Positions 1 to 14,024 are shown, numbered from the stretch's first letter. The stretch: DNA of 64,000 nucleotides from the human T2T-CHM13v2.0 reference genome, Homo sapiens (GCF_009914755.1 NC_060925.1), one strand, 5' to 3'. Made by a program: numbers and translations. The notes: generated by a model from the sequence alone, not told the origin.

Positions 1-1928
1 GGACCTCGTTCCTGAGCAGAGATCTCAGGTTCCCTGAGGCCTAGACTCTGAGTCCTGATCAGAGGCCAGCTCACTGTGACTTGAATCAGGCCACTCCATT
101 TTGGGGTCTCACACTGGCATCATTCAGGTTTGGGTTAAGATTAGTGCTTTGTCACGTATGGCCTGCAAAGTACCGATCCACCGGTTCCCAAGATGTTCTG
201 TGGAAAGGAGGTCAGTTAGAGAGTTTGGCTTTGCTTACTTAGCTCACTGCTTTGCCCAAGGGCTTGACCGTGGAACCCTTCGTGAAGGTTCACAACCCTT
301 CCTGGGGTCCCAGGCATTATCAGCTTAAGGAAAATGCCTTGGAGTGGACTGGGCCAGACCGCTGTCATGGTCCCTTCCGTCTGGGGCGTCCTGGGGCTCC
401 CGGTGAGGCCAGCGGGTGAGTTGCAGGGAGTGCTCCTCCCTGTAAGTGTGGCCCTTGGTGTGCTGGGGCAGGGAGGAGGCGATTTTGGCTCATGAGAGGA
501 GCCTCCGCTGGGTACTCTCCTCTACACTATCCCGGGACCACCCCAGGTTCTGGGCCGCCTCCCAGAGCTGTCTGGGGAAGCTTCGTGGGCCTTGACCTCA
601 GAGCAGGAGCTAGACCTGCTGTCCTGGGGATGGGGCATTGGGAGGCAAGCCCCCAGACAACCAGGGCTGATTTCCAAGCTCTGGGGGAGGAGAGTAGCCA
701 GAGATTCCGCGATGGGATTCAGAAAGCCTTCTTGTGTTCTGGAGGTTTCTGTCCGACCCAAATGAGTCATCTTTACGCTACTGCTTCTCCGTGAGTCAAG
801 TATCGCATGCGCGCTGGACGTGTCCGGGCCTGTGATGATGAAAGCCCCTAGGCACCCTGGAGCTCCCTTCCAAAAGGGAGGGATGTTTTCAATCATATTA
901 AATCAAGAGGTAGAGCGCGGAGTGGCTCTGACAGGACATTACAATGACATCAGGCTGGGAATGCCGCGAAAGTGATTCACGGCTTAATGTGTTTTCATTA
1001 GAGAAATTGAACCAGGGACTGCAGAAGAAAGTGGGTGTTCCCTTCCTGCGCCAGGGCTGGGGACTGAGACTGGGGGATGGCCATGTCCCCTGAGTAGAGG
1101 GGGTTGGTCTCTGCTCTGAAATTTAGTGGGAAGCCATCTGCACCGTCCTGGTGGTGACTCGGGGGGACACAGAGCGAGCCTGCTCTTGAGTTGGGGGAGT
1201 CAGAGGTTCTTCTGTGAAGGGGAAAGGGATGGAAGTCTATCTGCTTTGGGAGACACTTTCCCTTTCTCTCAAGGGCAGAACCACCAGGGAACTTGGAATT
1301 AGAGGAGAGTTTAGGGATAACGAGGCCATTTTCACATCTGAGCTGAAATCTCGCATCCCACCTAACATCAAATTTCTCTTCCTGGTGGAACTCACATCTT
1401 ATCAGCGAGCGGGAGGTTAGGATGCTGAGAAAGAGGCCCAAGGTACTTGAAGTTTTATCCTATCCAAAGATCAGGGGTTGGGTATGGCCAACACAGAACC
1501 CCAGTCACAGAGGGCTTGCCACCAGCTCCGGGGGACCCTGAGCCCACGCCCTTTGATCTCTTGTCTTTGCAAAGAGCAGAATATGCTGCCACATTCCAGG
1601 AGAAGATACATCTGAATGTCCCTGAGAACAAATCTCCAAGAAGGCTCCCCACTGCCTCCCCGAGCTCCCTGGGCTAGGAATGCCTGGCAGTGCAGGCTGT
1701 CTGCCCTCCGGATGGAGCCCGGGCAGCCTAGGGCCCTCTACCCTGCTTCTCCCCACAACGCCCTGTATGTTTCCAAAGCCCAGAAATGTTTGGAACATTG
1801 AAGGTAGGGGTTAAGCAAAGGAAAAATAGTGCCCTGTTCCCCATCCACTGTATTGTGGATAATTACCCCCTTACACTAGCCAGTCCTGCTCCCTCCTGTC
1901 TGTTCCAGCTGCCAAACGGGGAAGTTTT

Positions 1929-3142
<1,214 letters not shown>

Positions 3143-3158
3143 TGGGGAAGTTTTGAAG

Positions 3159-3161
<3 letters not shown>

Positions 3162-3194
<33 letters not shown>
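3162..3194. repeat. (T)33 homopolymer
   Basis: Directly visible. Confidence 0.95.
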
Positions 3195-3197
<3 letters not shown>

Positions 3198-3822
3198 GAG
3201 TACTCCTCCCCCTCCAAGAATGTGCATTGTGCTTAGTGACCTGCTTCCAAAGATTCTGGAAAGGAGCAGGACTGCCTTCCCAGTGACAGCACCGGGCAAA
3301 CGTCCCTGGCAAATGCTATTCAAGGTCAGCTTCAGCAGGGAGGGGTCCTGTTGAGAGCAGGTGCCCTGGGTACCCTGTATGAGGCAGATACTTCCTCTCT
3401 GTGGGCATCCCCCAAAACACAGAAGGCCGGTCTCATCACGGGACACACTTCAGACCAATCAATCAATGAAGAGGAGCATTCTATGCAATCCCTGACCAGT
3501 CCTCCTTAGAACATCAAGGTCATCAGCCACAGAGAAAGCCTGAGAAACCATCACAGCCAAGAGGAGCCAAACGAGACACAACCATTTGATGCCACGTGGT
3601 ATTCTGGATGGGTTCCTGGGACTGAAAACGGACGCTAAGCTAAGTGCAAACTGGAGAAGTCCAAGCCACGTGTGTAGTTCCTGGTTATGCACCATGACGC
3701 TGTGGCATGGTGACCTACGGTATCCCTTGAGGGGAAACTGGAGATGAGTTCCCAGCAACTCTCTGGGCTCTTTTGGAATTTTTTGGAATGTCTTAAACTA
3801 TTCTAAAATAAAAAGCTTTTTT
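3198..3822 (+). mobile_element. Old L1M (L1MC/L1MD-type) 3' end fragment
   Basis: Resembles the L1MC 3'UTR consensus (cattcta...cctgaccagt...tcaaggtcatc...tgagaaac...cacagccaagaggagcc...ctattctaaaataaaaag). Confidence 0.7.
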
Positions 3823-5034
3823 GAAGCAAACCAATAGAAGTAGGGTGGAAGTCAGGAAGCATCTGGACACGGGTCATTGGGGACCGAGGGGTAGACCCTG
3901 GGTCCTCGGGGAAGGGAGGTCCACTTCCTGGGTGGGGCCTTCCACAAAAGAGCATGGACTCACAAAAAGCCAACGGCACTGCTGTGTCATAGAACAAATA
4001 TGTCTGTGTCTATTCTTTCTGCTTCCTGGAGATTGTTTCTAGCGGTGCCCTGTGAACTATTGATCGTAGAAGCACGGGTCTTCTTCAACGAGGAGGCGGA
4101 GACCTCAGAGCCCACCTGCCCCAACTTACTGGTATGAATGACAGAAAAACTGGGGCTTGCAGAGTGGGAAGCTACAAGCCCATGCCAAGCTAACTTCCCC
4201 ATCAAATGCAGCATCCTTCTCCTGGGCCCCAGAGCCAGTAAACGACAGGACCTGGAGGAGTCACGGGAAGTGGGTGTCTTCGTGGAACGGCTGGGGTGGA
4301 TTGGCCACAGGCACAGCTCCAAGGTCCTGTCCCACCCTGAAGATTCTGGGCTGTTTTCCGGTGGAACAATTCCAGGGCCTGGCCTGCTTCTCACTGCACC
4401 AGTGCTCCCACAAGGCAGACACCAGCTGCTCCCAGGAGGCTCACGCCGCACACTCCCGGCTCGGGGAAAGGTGCAACTTTAAGTGGAAGAGATGTCTTTG
4501 GCCCCTTAATTGACAGTGATTTTCTTCTGTGAAGAAAATATACAGAAGGTAGTGAATTGAATCTCAATTCACCAAATCTTATTAAACTGTTCTTCGGGAA
4601 AAAAGATTTCAATAAAAATTTAAAAGGAAGAGAAGCAAGAAAGCCACAAACTAGAAAATAAAGTGAGACGGAGCAGTTGTTCCCCATTTGGAAGCAGCTG
4701 GGGAGCAGGGGGTGGTGGCAAGGAGTTTATTCTTTCTTTGAAAATCATGGGCTCGAGGCTGCTGAGAGGGAGCTGTCCCTGCCTCTTCTCAAAGGGTGTG
4801 GATGTGGTCCTCAGGTGCTCAGGCAGGGACCCTGTCTCACGTTCAGGGTGTCCCAGTGAGGACTGGGTGGATGAACCCAAAGTCTCCATGGCTTCCTCCT
4901 GCCCATGTGCCTGCAGCTCTGGGGGCCGCTCTGCCTTCCACCCATCCGCCAGGGCCAGGATTAGGGTGCCACGCCATGCACTCCACATTGTCCCCACAAC
5001 CCTTGCACACACCCCATTCTCTAGCATGTTCCTT

Positions 5035-6030
<996 letters not shown>

Positions 6031-6970
6031 GGGCGGTATGTTCTTAAGGGGCCTGTGGATGCTTGAGTTTCAGGGGAGCTGGTGCCACTTCTGCCTGCCC
6101 CACAGCCTCGCCTCCTGATGGTTGGTGCTGTGGTCGGCAGCCATGCCACAGGGCCTGCCTCCAGAGGAGGTGTGGGGTCGCCTGCCATCTTGGTGCATGT
6201 CTGACAGTGCCATGGATGCCCTATGGGGTGAGGCCCTCCCGAAACCTGTTCATCATGAAATGAGAGGTGCTCAGGGCCAAGCCCCAGGCTGAGCAGGATC
6301 AGTGAGAAGAGTATTCCCAGGCTCTGCCTCATCTCAGAGCCGCCCAAGGGATGAGGACAGAGATTGTTTGTACTGCTCACTGGTCCTTGGAGATAGAGCC
6401 AAGTCCTCCTCCTGCAGAGATGCAGCCTCTCACCAAGGGGTCCCCAAGAGTCTCAGGACCAGGTCCGGGCAGCACACCAAGCTCAGCCGTCTTGGTGGCA
6501 ATGCAGAGCCTGGGGCCCTTGGCCTTGCACAGAAATGAGCAGTGGCCCCTACACGTCTTCCTATGGGAGGGGCTTTCCCCCTGCCCCCCACATTTCTTGG
6601 CTGCTGGGAGTGGGCTGGGGCCTCTGTCCTGGTTGCCCACCTGCCCTCTTTTTTTTCCTCTCTGAACAAATCAATCACTTTAAAAAGGAAGAAACCAGAC
6701 TTGAAGAGGAAAAACAAATCGACCTCTCCCTGCCACTGTTGCAATTGGTTGGTTTTTCTGCATAACAGCTGGGTGTCTTAGAAATGAGGGGGTTTCTATA
6801 GTAACCAATTACAGCCATGATTGGTGAAAAATCACAGAAATATCCTGTGTGTGAAGTTATGCCAGCGAGGCAGGCACGGGCTTAGGTGCTATGGTTTTAA
6901 TTTCCTGGGGCAATATTTCTCTAAGTACTGATGGCAGGCAGGTTTGCTTGTCATGGCTTTTGATTCAGCC

Positions 6971-7272
6971 TGCCTGGTGGGGGCTGGTGGGGGCTGGTGG
7001 GGCCTGGTGGGGGCCGGTGGGGCCTGATGGGGGCCGGTGGGGCCTGGTGGAGTGTAGTGGGGCCTGGTGAAGCCTGGTGGGGTCTAATCAGGGCCTGGTG
7101 GAGTATAGTGGGGACTGTTGGAGTCTGGTGCAGTCTGGTAAGGCCTGGTGAGCTTGGTGGAGTGTGGTGGGGCCTGGTGAGGCCTGGTGAGGTCTGGTGA
7201 GGCCTGGAAGACCATGGCAGAGTCTGGTGAGGCCTGGTGGAGCCTGAAGGGGCTTGGTGGGGCCTGGTGAGA
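6971..7272. repeat. G-rich 10-bp minisatellite (GGCCTGGTGG)n, about 30 degenerate units
   Basis: 10-nt periodicity is directly visible. Confidence 0.92.
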
Positions 7273-7799
7273 CCCTGCACCTGCTCAGAGCAGCATCTCA
7301 TCTTCCTGGGGCTAGACTCCCACCCAGCTCTGCAGGTCATGGGAGAATTAGAGATTCTAAACCAGCTCCCATCCTCACTGGGTCACCTGCAGCCACAGAG
7401 GAGCTACCTTAGTGTGTATATGGGGGAATTTCACCCTAACCTAAATTCGTCCTTGTGGTGACAGTGGCCCTGGTCCCTGCCCCGAGCTTGGCTGCTAGTG
7501 CAGAGAAATTGCACACCAGCAGAAACACCGTGCTGAGGATTAGCATAATGTGGAGGTCCTCATTTCTGCAGCAAAGCACTTCTATTCTGATTGAAAAACT
7601 GAAGCCTTATTGTTTGGGGATTAGTCCTTTTTGGTAATTAGCACTCATTAGCAAGAGTTTCTCTCTCACCATCCTGATGACTGGGGGGCCATCTGTTCCC
7701 CAGATATCTGGGAGAGTCAGCACCAGACACAAGGGTCTCAGTACTGAACAGAGGGCGTGCCCCCAGGGATGCGTTCACACACAGCTACAACTAAACTCT

Positions 7800-8300
7800 C
7801 CTACACAGACACACACAGACACACTCACACATAGAGTCTCTCACACAGACACTCACAGATACACTCGCATGCTCACACAGGGACACACAGATACAGTTGC
7901 ACACACAAATACACACACAGATACTCTCACACAGACACACACTCACACAGGAACGCACAGATACACTCATACACACTGACACACACGAGCATAGATGCAC
8001 TCACACACTTCTATGCTGACACACATGGACACAGTCACACAACAGTACACTCTCACACACGCACCAAATACACACAGACACCCTGGCCCTCACTCACGCA
8101 CAGTCTCTCACACTCGTGGACACACCCCCAGATGCATCTTTACACTCATGTACGCTGGCTCACTCTCACACTGGCACACTCACACAGCTTGACCCACATG
8201 CACACACTCACACCCAGTCACACACGTACACACATACGTGTGCTTGCCTACACGCACACACTCACACACTTGCGTGCACGCATTACAATGACACACACAG
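7800..8300. repeat. Degenerate (CA)n-rich tract
   Basis: Directly visible; it produces spurious THTH/VCVC ORFs. Confidence 0.92.
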
Positions 8301-9329
8301 CTTCCTTCCTTTGTGAAGTCACTCACCGCCTTATAAAGAAAAACTCTACCCAACCTGCTTTCCAGGCCTGGCTTTGGGCGGCGTCAGGCTGGCGCTTGGC
8401 ACCTGAACACCCTCGCGCCCCCCACCCGCTTCAGTCATTACAGTTTTGGGATTCATTTTAACTTTCAGACGTGAGGCTGGTGACGAGAACTGACTTTGAA
8501 TGACACCTATAATCAGTCTTCAATTATCTGTGCTGGTGGAAGAGGGAGCGTGGGCCTGGCTCCTCTGAGCCCTTCCACGTGGCTCTCTGCCGCGCCCTGG
8601 TTTTCACGTGACACCAGAGAGTCCACTGGTCCAGAGGCGACCCCAGACCTGGTGACAAAGCCGCTCCATGTGAACCGGGGAGGGGCCGCCCCGCCAGCCC
8701 TGACTTCTCCCCTGCAGCCCCGCTGCGTGGAGAGGCAGCCCCGCCCTCCTCAGGGTTGCGCAGGATTTGCCCTTTCTGCAGCCCTCCGGGGAGCTGAGGA
8801 GGTGGATAACAGGGTTTCAAAGGGCACCGGCACTGCAGATAAACAGGGGGAGCGGAAATGTCAACAGAACAGACACTTCGCGTCAATAAACTTTAGGTTT
8901 ATCCGGAGCAGATCTCATTTCCCTGAGTACGATCCAGAGGAGGCCAGAAGTAAGAAGCCTTCCCATGCAGAGCATTTAAAGCGATGCCTGTTTACGATAT
9001 GCATGCCGGGCTCTGGGTGAGGGGCAGCGGGAGCGGCTGGTGTTTGCAAAGTGCAAGTGCCTGGCAGGTGTAGGTGCTGGGAAGCGCCTGCGCTCACGCT
9101 GCGAGGTTTCAAGCTTGAAACCTCCGCTCCTCCTAGACCTGGGGAGAGGCGCTTCCCCAGTGGGCGGGGGGTGGCCTGGGCTATGTAGAGGAAAGCGCCT
9201 GGCCCTGGGGTCCCAGGTGGAGGCCGGTGTCCGCTGCTGCCATCCTCTCACTTACGTCCTCTCGTCGTGTGATGGGCAAAAGGAAGGAGGGACTCACAGG
9301 TCTTTTCAGGTTATCTTGTCGAGGCTGCC

Positions 9330-10330
9330 CTGAAAGGCTGGGGGTTTCTGAGGCTCGGTTTTCGCTCCCGTGAAATGGACTATTCGGCGACCGGCCGCCT
9401 CTGTGCCTGGCAGGCGCCTCAGCCCCGCGGTGCCGGGAAGCAGCTCCCCGCACCCTCGCAGCGCGCGCTGTTCTTGCACGTGAGTGAGCCTTTGAAGGAA
9501 AGGAAGGAAGGGTTTCGGATTCCCTTTTGAAGTTAGGAGGAGCTCTTTCCAGAAGAAGAGAGCGTCCTTGTCACAGCGCGGGGTGGAGAGAGAGGGCCCC
9601 GGGGCCCAGTCCCCCTCCTGGGCTTCCACTGACCGCTCTTCTCTCCTTTCCCCCCCGCACAGCTCCATGTCCATCCGCTGGCCGGGCCGCCCCCTCGGAA
9701 GCCATGCCTGGATACTGATAGCCATGTTTCAGCTCGCCGTGGACCTGCCCGCCTGTGAGGCCCTGGGCCCGGGGCCGGAGTTCTGGCTCCTGCCGCGGTC
9801 GCCGCCCCGGCCGCCCCGGCTGTGGAGTTTTAGGAGTGGACAGCCAGCGCGGGTCCCGGCCCCGGTGTGGAGCCCCCGGCCGCCCCGAGTGGAGCGGATC
9901 CACGGGCAGATGCAGATGCCTCGAGCCAGACGGGCCCACAGGCCCCGGGACCAGGCGGCCGCCCTCGTGCCCAAGGCAGGACTGGCCAAGCCCCCAGCTG
10001 CTGCCAAATCCAGCCCTTCCCTCGCCTCTTCGTCCTCGTCCTCGTCCTCCGCGGTGGCCGGTGGGGCCCCGGAGCAGCAGGCCCTCCTGAGGAGGGGCAA
10101 GAGGCACCTGCAGGGGGACGGTCTCAGCAGCTTCGACTCCAGAGGCAGCCGGCCCACCACAGAGACTGAGTTCATCGCCTGGGGGCCCACGGGGGACGAG
10201 GAGGCCCTGGAGTCCAACACATTTCCGGGCGTTTACGGCCCCACCACGGTCTCCATCCTACAAACACGGAAGACAACTGTGGCCGCCACCACCACCACCA
10301 CCACCACGGCCACCCCCATGACGCTGCAGA
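9330..10330. promoter_or_regulatory. Intragenic CpG island over exon 2 and its upstream flank
   Basis: High GC and dense unmutated CpGs (cggcgaccggccgc, gcagcgcgcgctg, gccgcggtcgccgccccggccgccccgg) against a CpG-depleted background. Boundaries are approximate. Confidence 0.75.
9629..9662 (+). promoter_or_regulatory. AJAP1: Branch point, polypyrimidine tract and 3' splice site of AJAP1 intron 1
   Basis: CTGAC at 9629-9633 (branch A 9632, 31 nt upstream of the exon), then a long pyrimidine tract, then GCACAG. Confidence 0.85.
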
Positions 10331-10462
10331 CTAAGGGGTTCACCGAGTCCTTGGATCCCCGGAGAAGGATCCCAGGTGGGGTTAGCACAACGGAGCCTTC
10401 CACCAGTCCCAGCAACAACAGGGAAGTCACCCAGCCCCCAAGGATTCTGGGGGAGGCCTCAG
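9663..10462 (+). CDS. AJAP1: AJAP1 (adherens junctions associated protein 1 / SHREW1) coding exon 2, 800 nt, about codons 10-277 (rest of signal peptide plus ectodomain)
   Basis: The ORF 9568-10551 translation SSMSIRWPGRPLGSHAWILIAMFQLAVDLPACEALG...TEFIAWGPTGDEEALESNTFPG...PPRILGEASG matches the AJAP1 protein as I recall it. It is bounded by a pyrimidine tract plus CAG acceptor (AG 9661-9662) and a CAG|GTACAG donor (GT 10463-10464). The ORF portions outside these sites are intronic. Confidence 0.97.
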
Positions 10463-11984
10463 GTACAGCCATCTCTCTTCTGGTTTGGGTTTGCTTGGGG
10501 TTGAGGGCTGGGAGCGTGACTCGGGAGAGATGCTTAGATGTCCCTGGGTGATGCTATGTGTGGAGGCTCCAGGAGATGCAGGCGTGATGTGTCCATGAGC
10601 TTGCACATGCCTGTAGACTGGCAAATACAGGCTGTGCCTTAGAGGAAGGGGGCGTGAGAAGGGAGAGTTTCCCTTTTTAGTATGTACCTAGAAGTGGGCG
10701 CTGCACCCCTTGTGCCTCTGTTAGGGACCAGCTGAATCCACCAGGTGCTGCAGCCCTGTTACAGACCGGTGGAATCCACCACACACAGCCACGCCTTCCA
10801 GAATCAGAGAATTTTGTCTCTGGGGCCGGCCCTTGAGCAAGATGCTTGCCCGTCTCGTGATACAATTAAGGATCCCCCCGCCCCAGAGTCTTCAAAAGCC
10901 TTCAAGGGTATGGGACCCATGGACGGGGGCATGGACGGGGGCAGGGTGCCTGCCAACTTGACCTCGGTAGAGGATTAGGAATGGCCTTAAATAGCAAGAA
11001 AGGCCGAGGCTGGGTAAAAGGAAGAACTTCCTGCGGTGTTAACAGAACCTTCGCAGACAGTGATTCAGGTGGCACCTTTCGGCTCCCTGGGGATGTGTCA
11101 GGAGGGTGTTTGGAGGACGGAGATCAGAACAAAGGGCTTTGGTTCTTCTGCTGCTGTTATCCTAGCTGCCTGTGGACACACACAGTTCACTGGCTTTGGA
11201 ATATCTCCTTCTGTGCAGTTTTGTTGTTTTTTATTTTCCTCCTATACGCTGTCCTCCATTTGCTTTGAAAGGAGTAGCCCTTGGAAATCTCCCAAGCCAG
11301 GGCTTGTCCCTGAACTGGTAGCCTGCACTGATGTCACCAGGCTTCACAGCAGGCCTGCGGGGAGAGCGCAGAGCCCTGGGCACCCCGTCACCCTCACCTC
11401 CCTCCAGTTTTCTCTGCCTCTGTTAACAGGCACAGCCCGATGTGCCAGGTTGGCTCAGAAGTTCACAACCTAGATCTGTGCATACACATTCTAGACAAAC
11501 AGCAACATTTGCTAACTTTAAAATCGGATGCAGATTTTAGGGCGTCAGTACAAAATGGGCGGGGGCGCCCTGTGGCCTCCTCACAGCTTGCTTTCCACAA
11601 CCTCCAGCTTGTGGGCTCGGTAGGCCCCACCCAGGCCTCTGCAGAATCAAGGGGAGGGAAGAGAACTGCTCTTCAGAGCTCATGTGCAGGCGGCCGGCAT
11701 GGCATCCAGGCCCTCTGCGTCCTCACTAGACTGCGTCCTGGCCCTGGTTCCTCCTCATCTTGGGCAGGCAGGCACCGGGCAGTCCTTGGACAGGTTTTCA
11801 TGGGGTGGGTGGCTTTTGTCCTTCAGCCGGTGACCTACTTTCTTCCTTCACCTGGACAAGAGAACCTGCGGTTTTTTTTCTGAGCTCCTCTTCCCTAGAG
11901 AGCAATGTCTCTATGGAAGCACAGCCTGGGCTCCCTGCGCATGCTGAGGGCCATGCCCAGAGATGGAGGCTGTGGGCTTGGGAG

Positions 11985-12026
11985 AGGCTCTGGAGGAAGA
12001 GGCTCCGGAGGAAGAGACTCTGGAGG
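11985..12026. repeat. About 3 copies of a 15-bp unit (GAGGCTCTGGAGGAA)
   Basis: Directly visible. Confidence 0.8.
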
Positions 12027-13064
12027 TCCTGCATCGGCTTCCTCCCATGCAGCCTCTTTTGGGAATCCACGGACATGCGGGGTCTGCAGCTCATCCTGCA
12101 CTGTCAGGCGCCTGCTAGCAGTTTACAGAGTGTTCATTTTCACCTCAGTAAACTCAGCAGCCATCATCATAGTAGGATTTCTTGCTACTCTCCCTTACTG
12201 TCACCTCCTCTGTATACGTCACTTACTATATAGACATGGATGAGGAAACAAGTTCCCATTTATTCCAAATTACATTTGTTATTACTAAAGTTAAACACCC
12301 GGGACAGCGTTGTAGGCTTAGCAAATTAATTCACAGTGCATTGGATGTTGCTAATCCATCTCGACAGATGCTTATCTTGGAAGCGATTTATGGTTCTTCA
12401 TAATATAATCTGGTGCTAGATTAATTTGTTTAGCAAAACAAATCTAAAAAGAGGAAAATATGTGTGTTTGTTTCTAATGCAGAGAAATGTTAATTCTGGA
12501 ACGCAATGCTGGGCCACAGGGAAGGGAACAGGTGGTTTACAGCAGCGCTCATCAGGGCTAGGCCACCATCCTGAGCTTCCCAGCCAAGGCAAAGGGAAGA
12601 GAGGAAATGCGGGGATGATTCCCCTAACTGGGTTCCTCATAGCCCAGTGGGTACCATGTAAATGAATTAGACCAGAGCAGGAACAATTTAGGTTACACAC
12701 TGGGAAGTACTTGCTGGTGATGCAGGAGGTGAGATCTTTGCTTAGGCTACTGAGAACAGGCTGCATAATCTCCTTATCTGAAGTCCCAAGTAGAGGGGGA
12801 TGGGGCAGGGGGAGGAAAACAACTGTTTAAGCTTCCCCAGATGGAAGGAGTGCTGGGACAGAGGGCTGAACTCCCTGGAACCCCCTTGCTTGGCAGTCAT
12901 CAGATGCAGACCTGCGCCCCCAACATTTGGTGGAACGTGAACACTACTCACACTTCTCAGACATCTAAGGCAGCAGAAGTGGTCTTGGGGACTCCAGAGC
13001 TGCAATCTGGGAGGCCATGAATTGCTGCAGTTAGTTAGCAGGTGCCTTGAGGCTGAAGATCTGG

Positions 13065-13560
<496 letters not shown>

Positions 13561-14024
13561 TTTTATACCCAGCAAGAATGGCCTGAGGAAGAGAGGGTTG
13601 CCAGTGTCAGAGGCAGAGCAGGCTGCCAGGGACTTGGGAGTTTTATCATCTCAGACACAGCCAGCTTTGCCACATACTGGGGGGCACCCCAAAATTTGGA
13701 ATTGGAGTTTTAGGAGGTGGATGAAACATCCATTAAGTGAGTTTTACCTGTCCAAAAAGGGATCTTTGGTATCACACTTGGGGATTTATAAATTTTATTT
13801 TTGTTTCTGCAGATAAATATTTAGAAGGGACATATCATATTTTTCTATCTGTCTATAGCACAGGTTGTTGCTGGGTGCAGAGAGGAAACGTGGCTGGTGA
13901 TTTGGGGGCACTCTGAAATTTCTCTGGAAGTAACATTACTTGGGATAACTGCTGGAATGATTAAAGGGTCCCCTGTCAGGATTCACCCTACATATGAAGT
14001 AACTGGGAAATCTTTTTGAGTTTC

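Noticed and set aside
9568-10551. 327-aa ORF as a standalone single-exon gene
   Set aside because: It starts at a non-ATG codon and runs across both splice sites. Only 9663-10462 matches AJAP1.
12291-12311. REST/RE1-like site TTAAACACCCGGGACAGCGTT
   Set aside because: The right half matches, but the left half lacks the core CAGCACC, so it is too degenerate to call.
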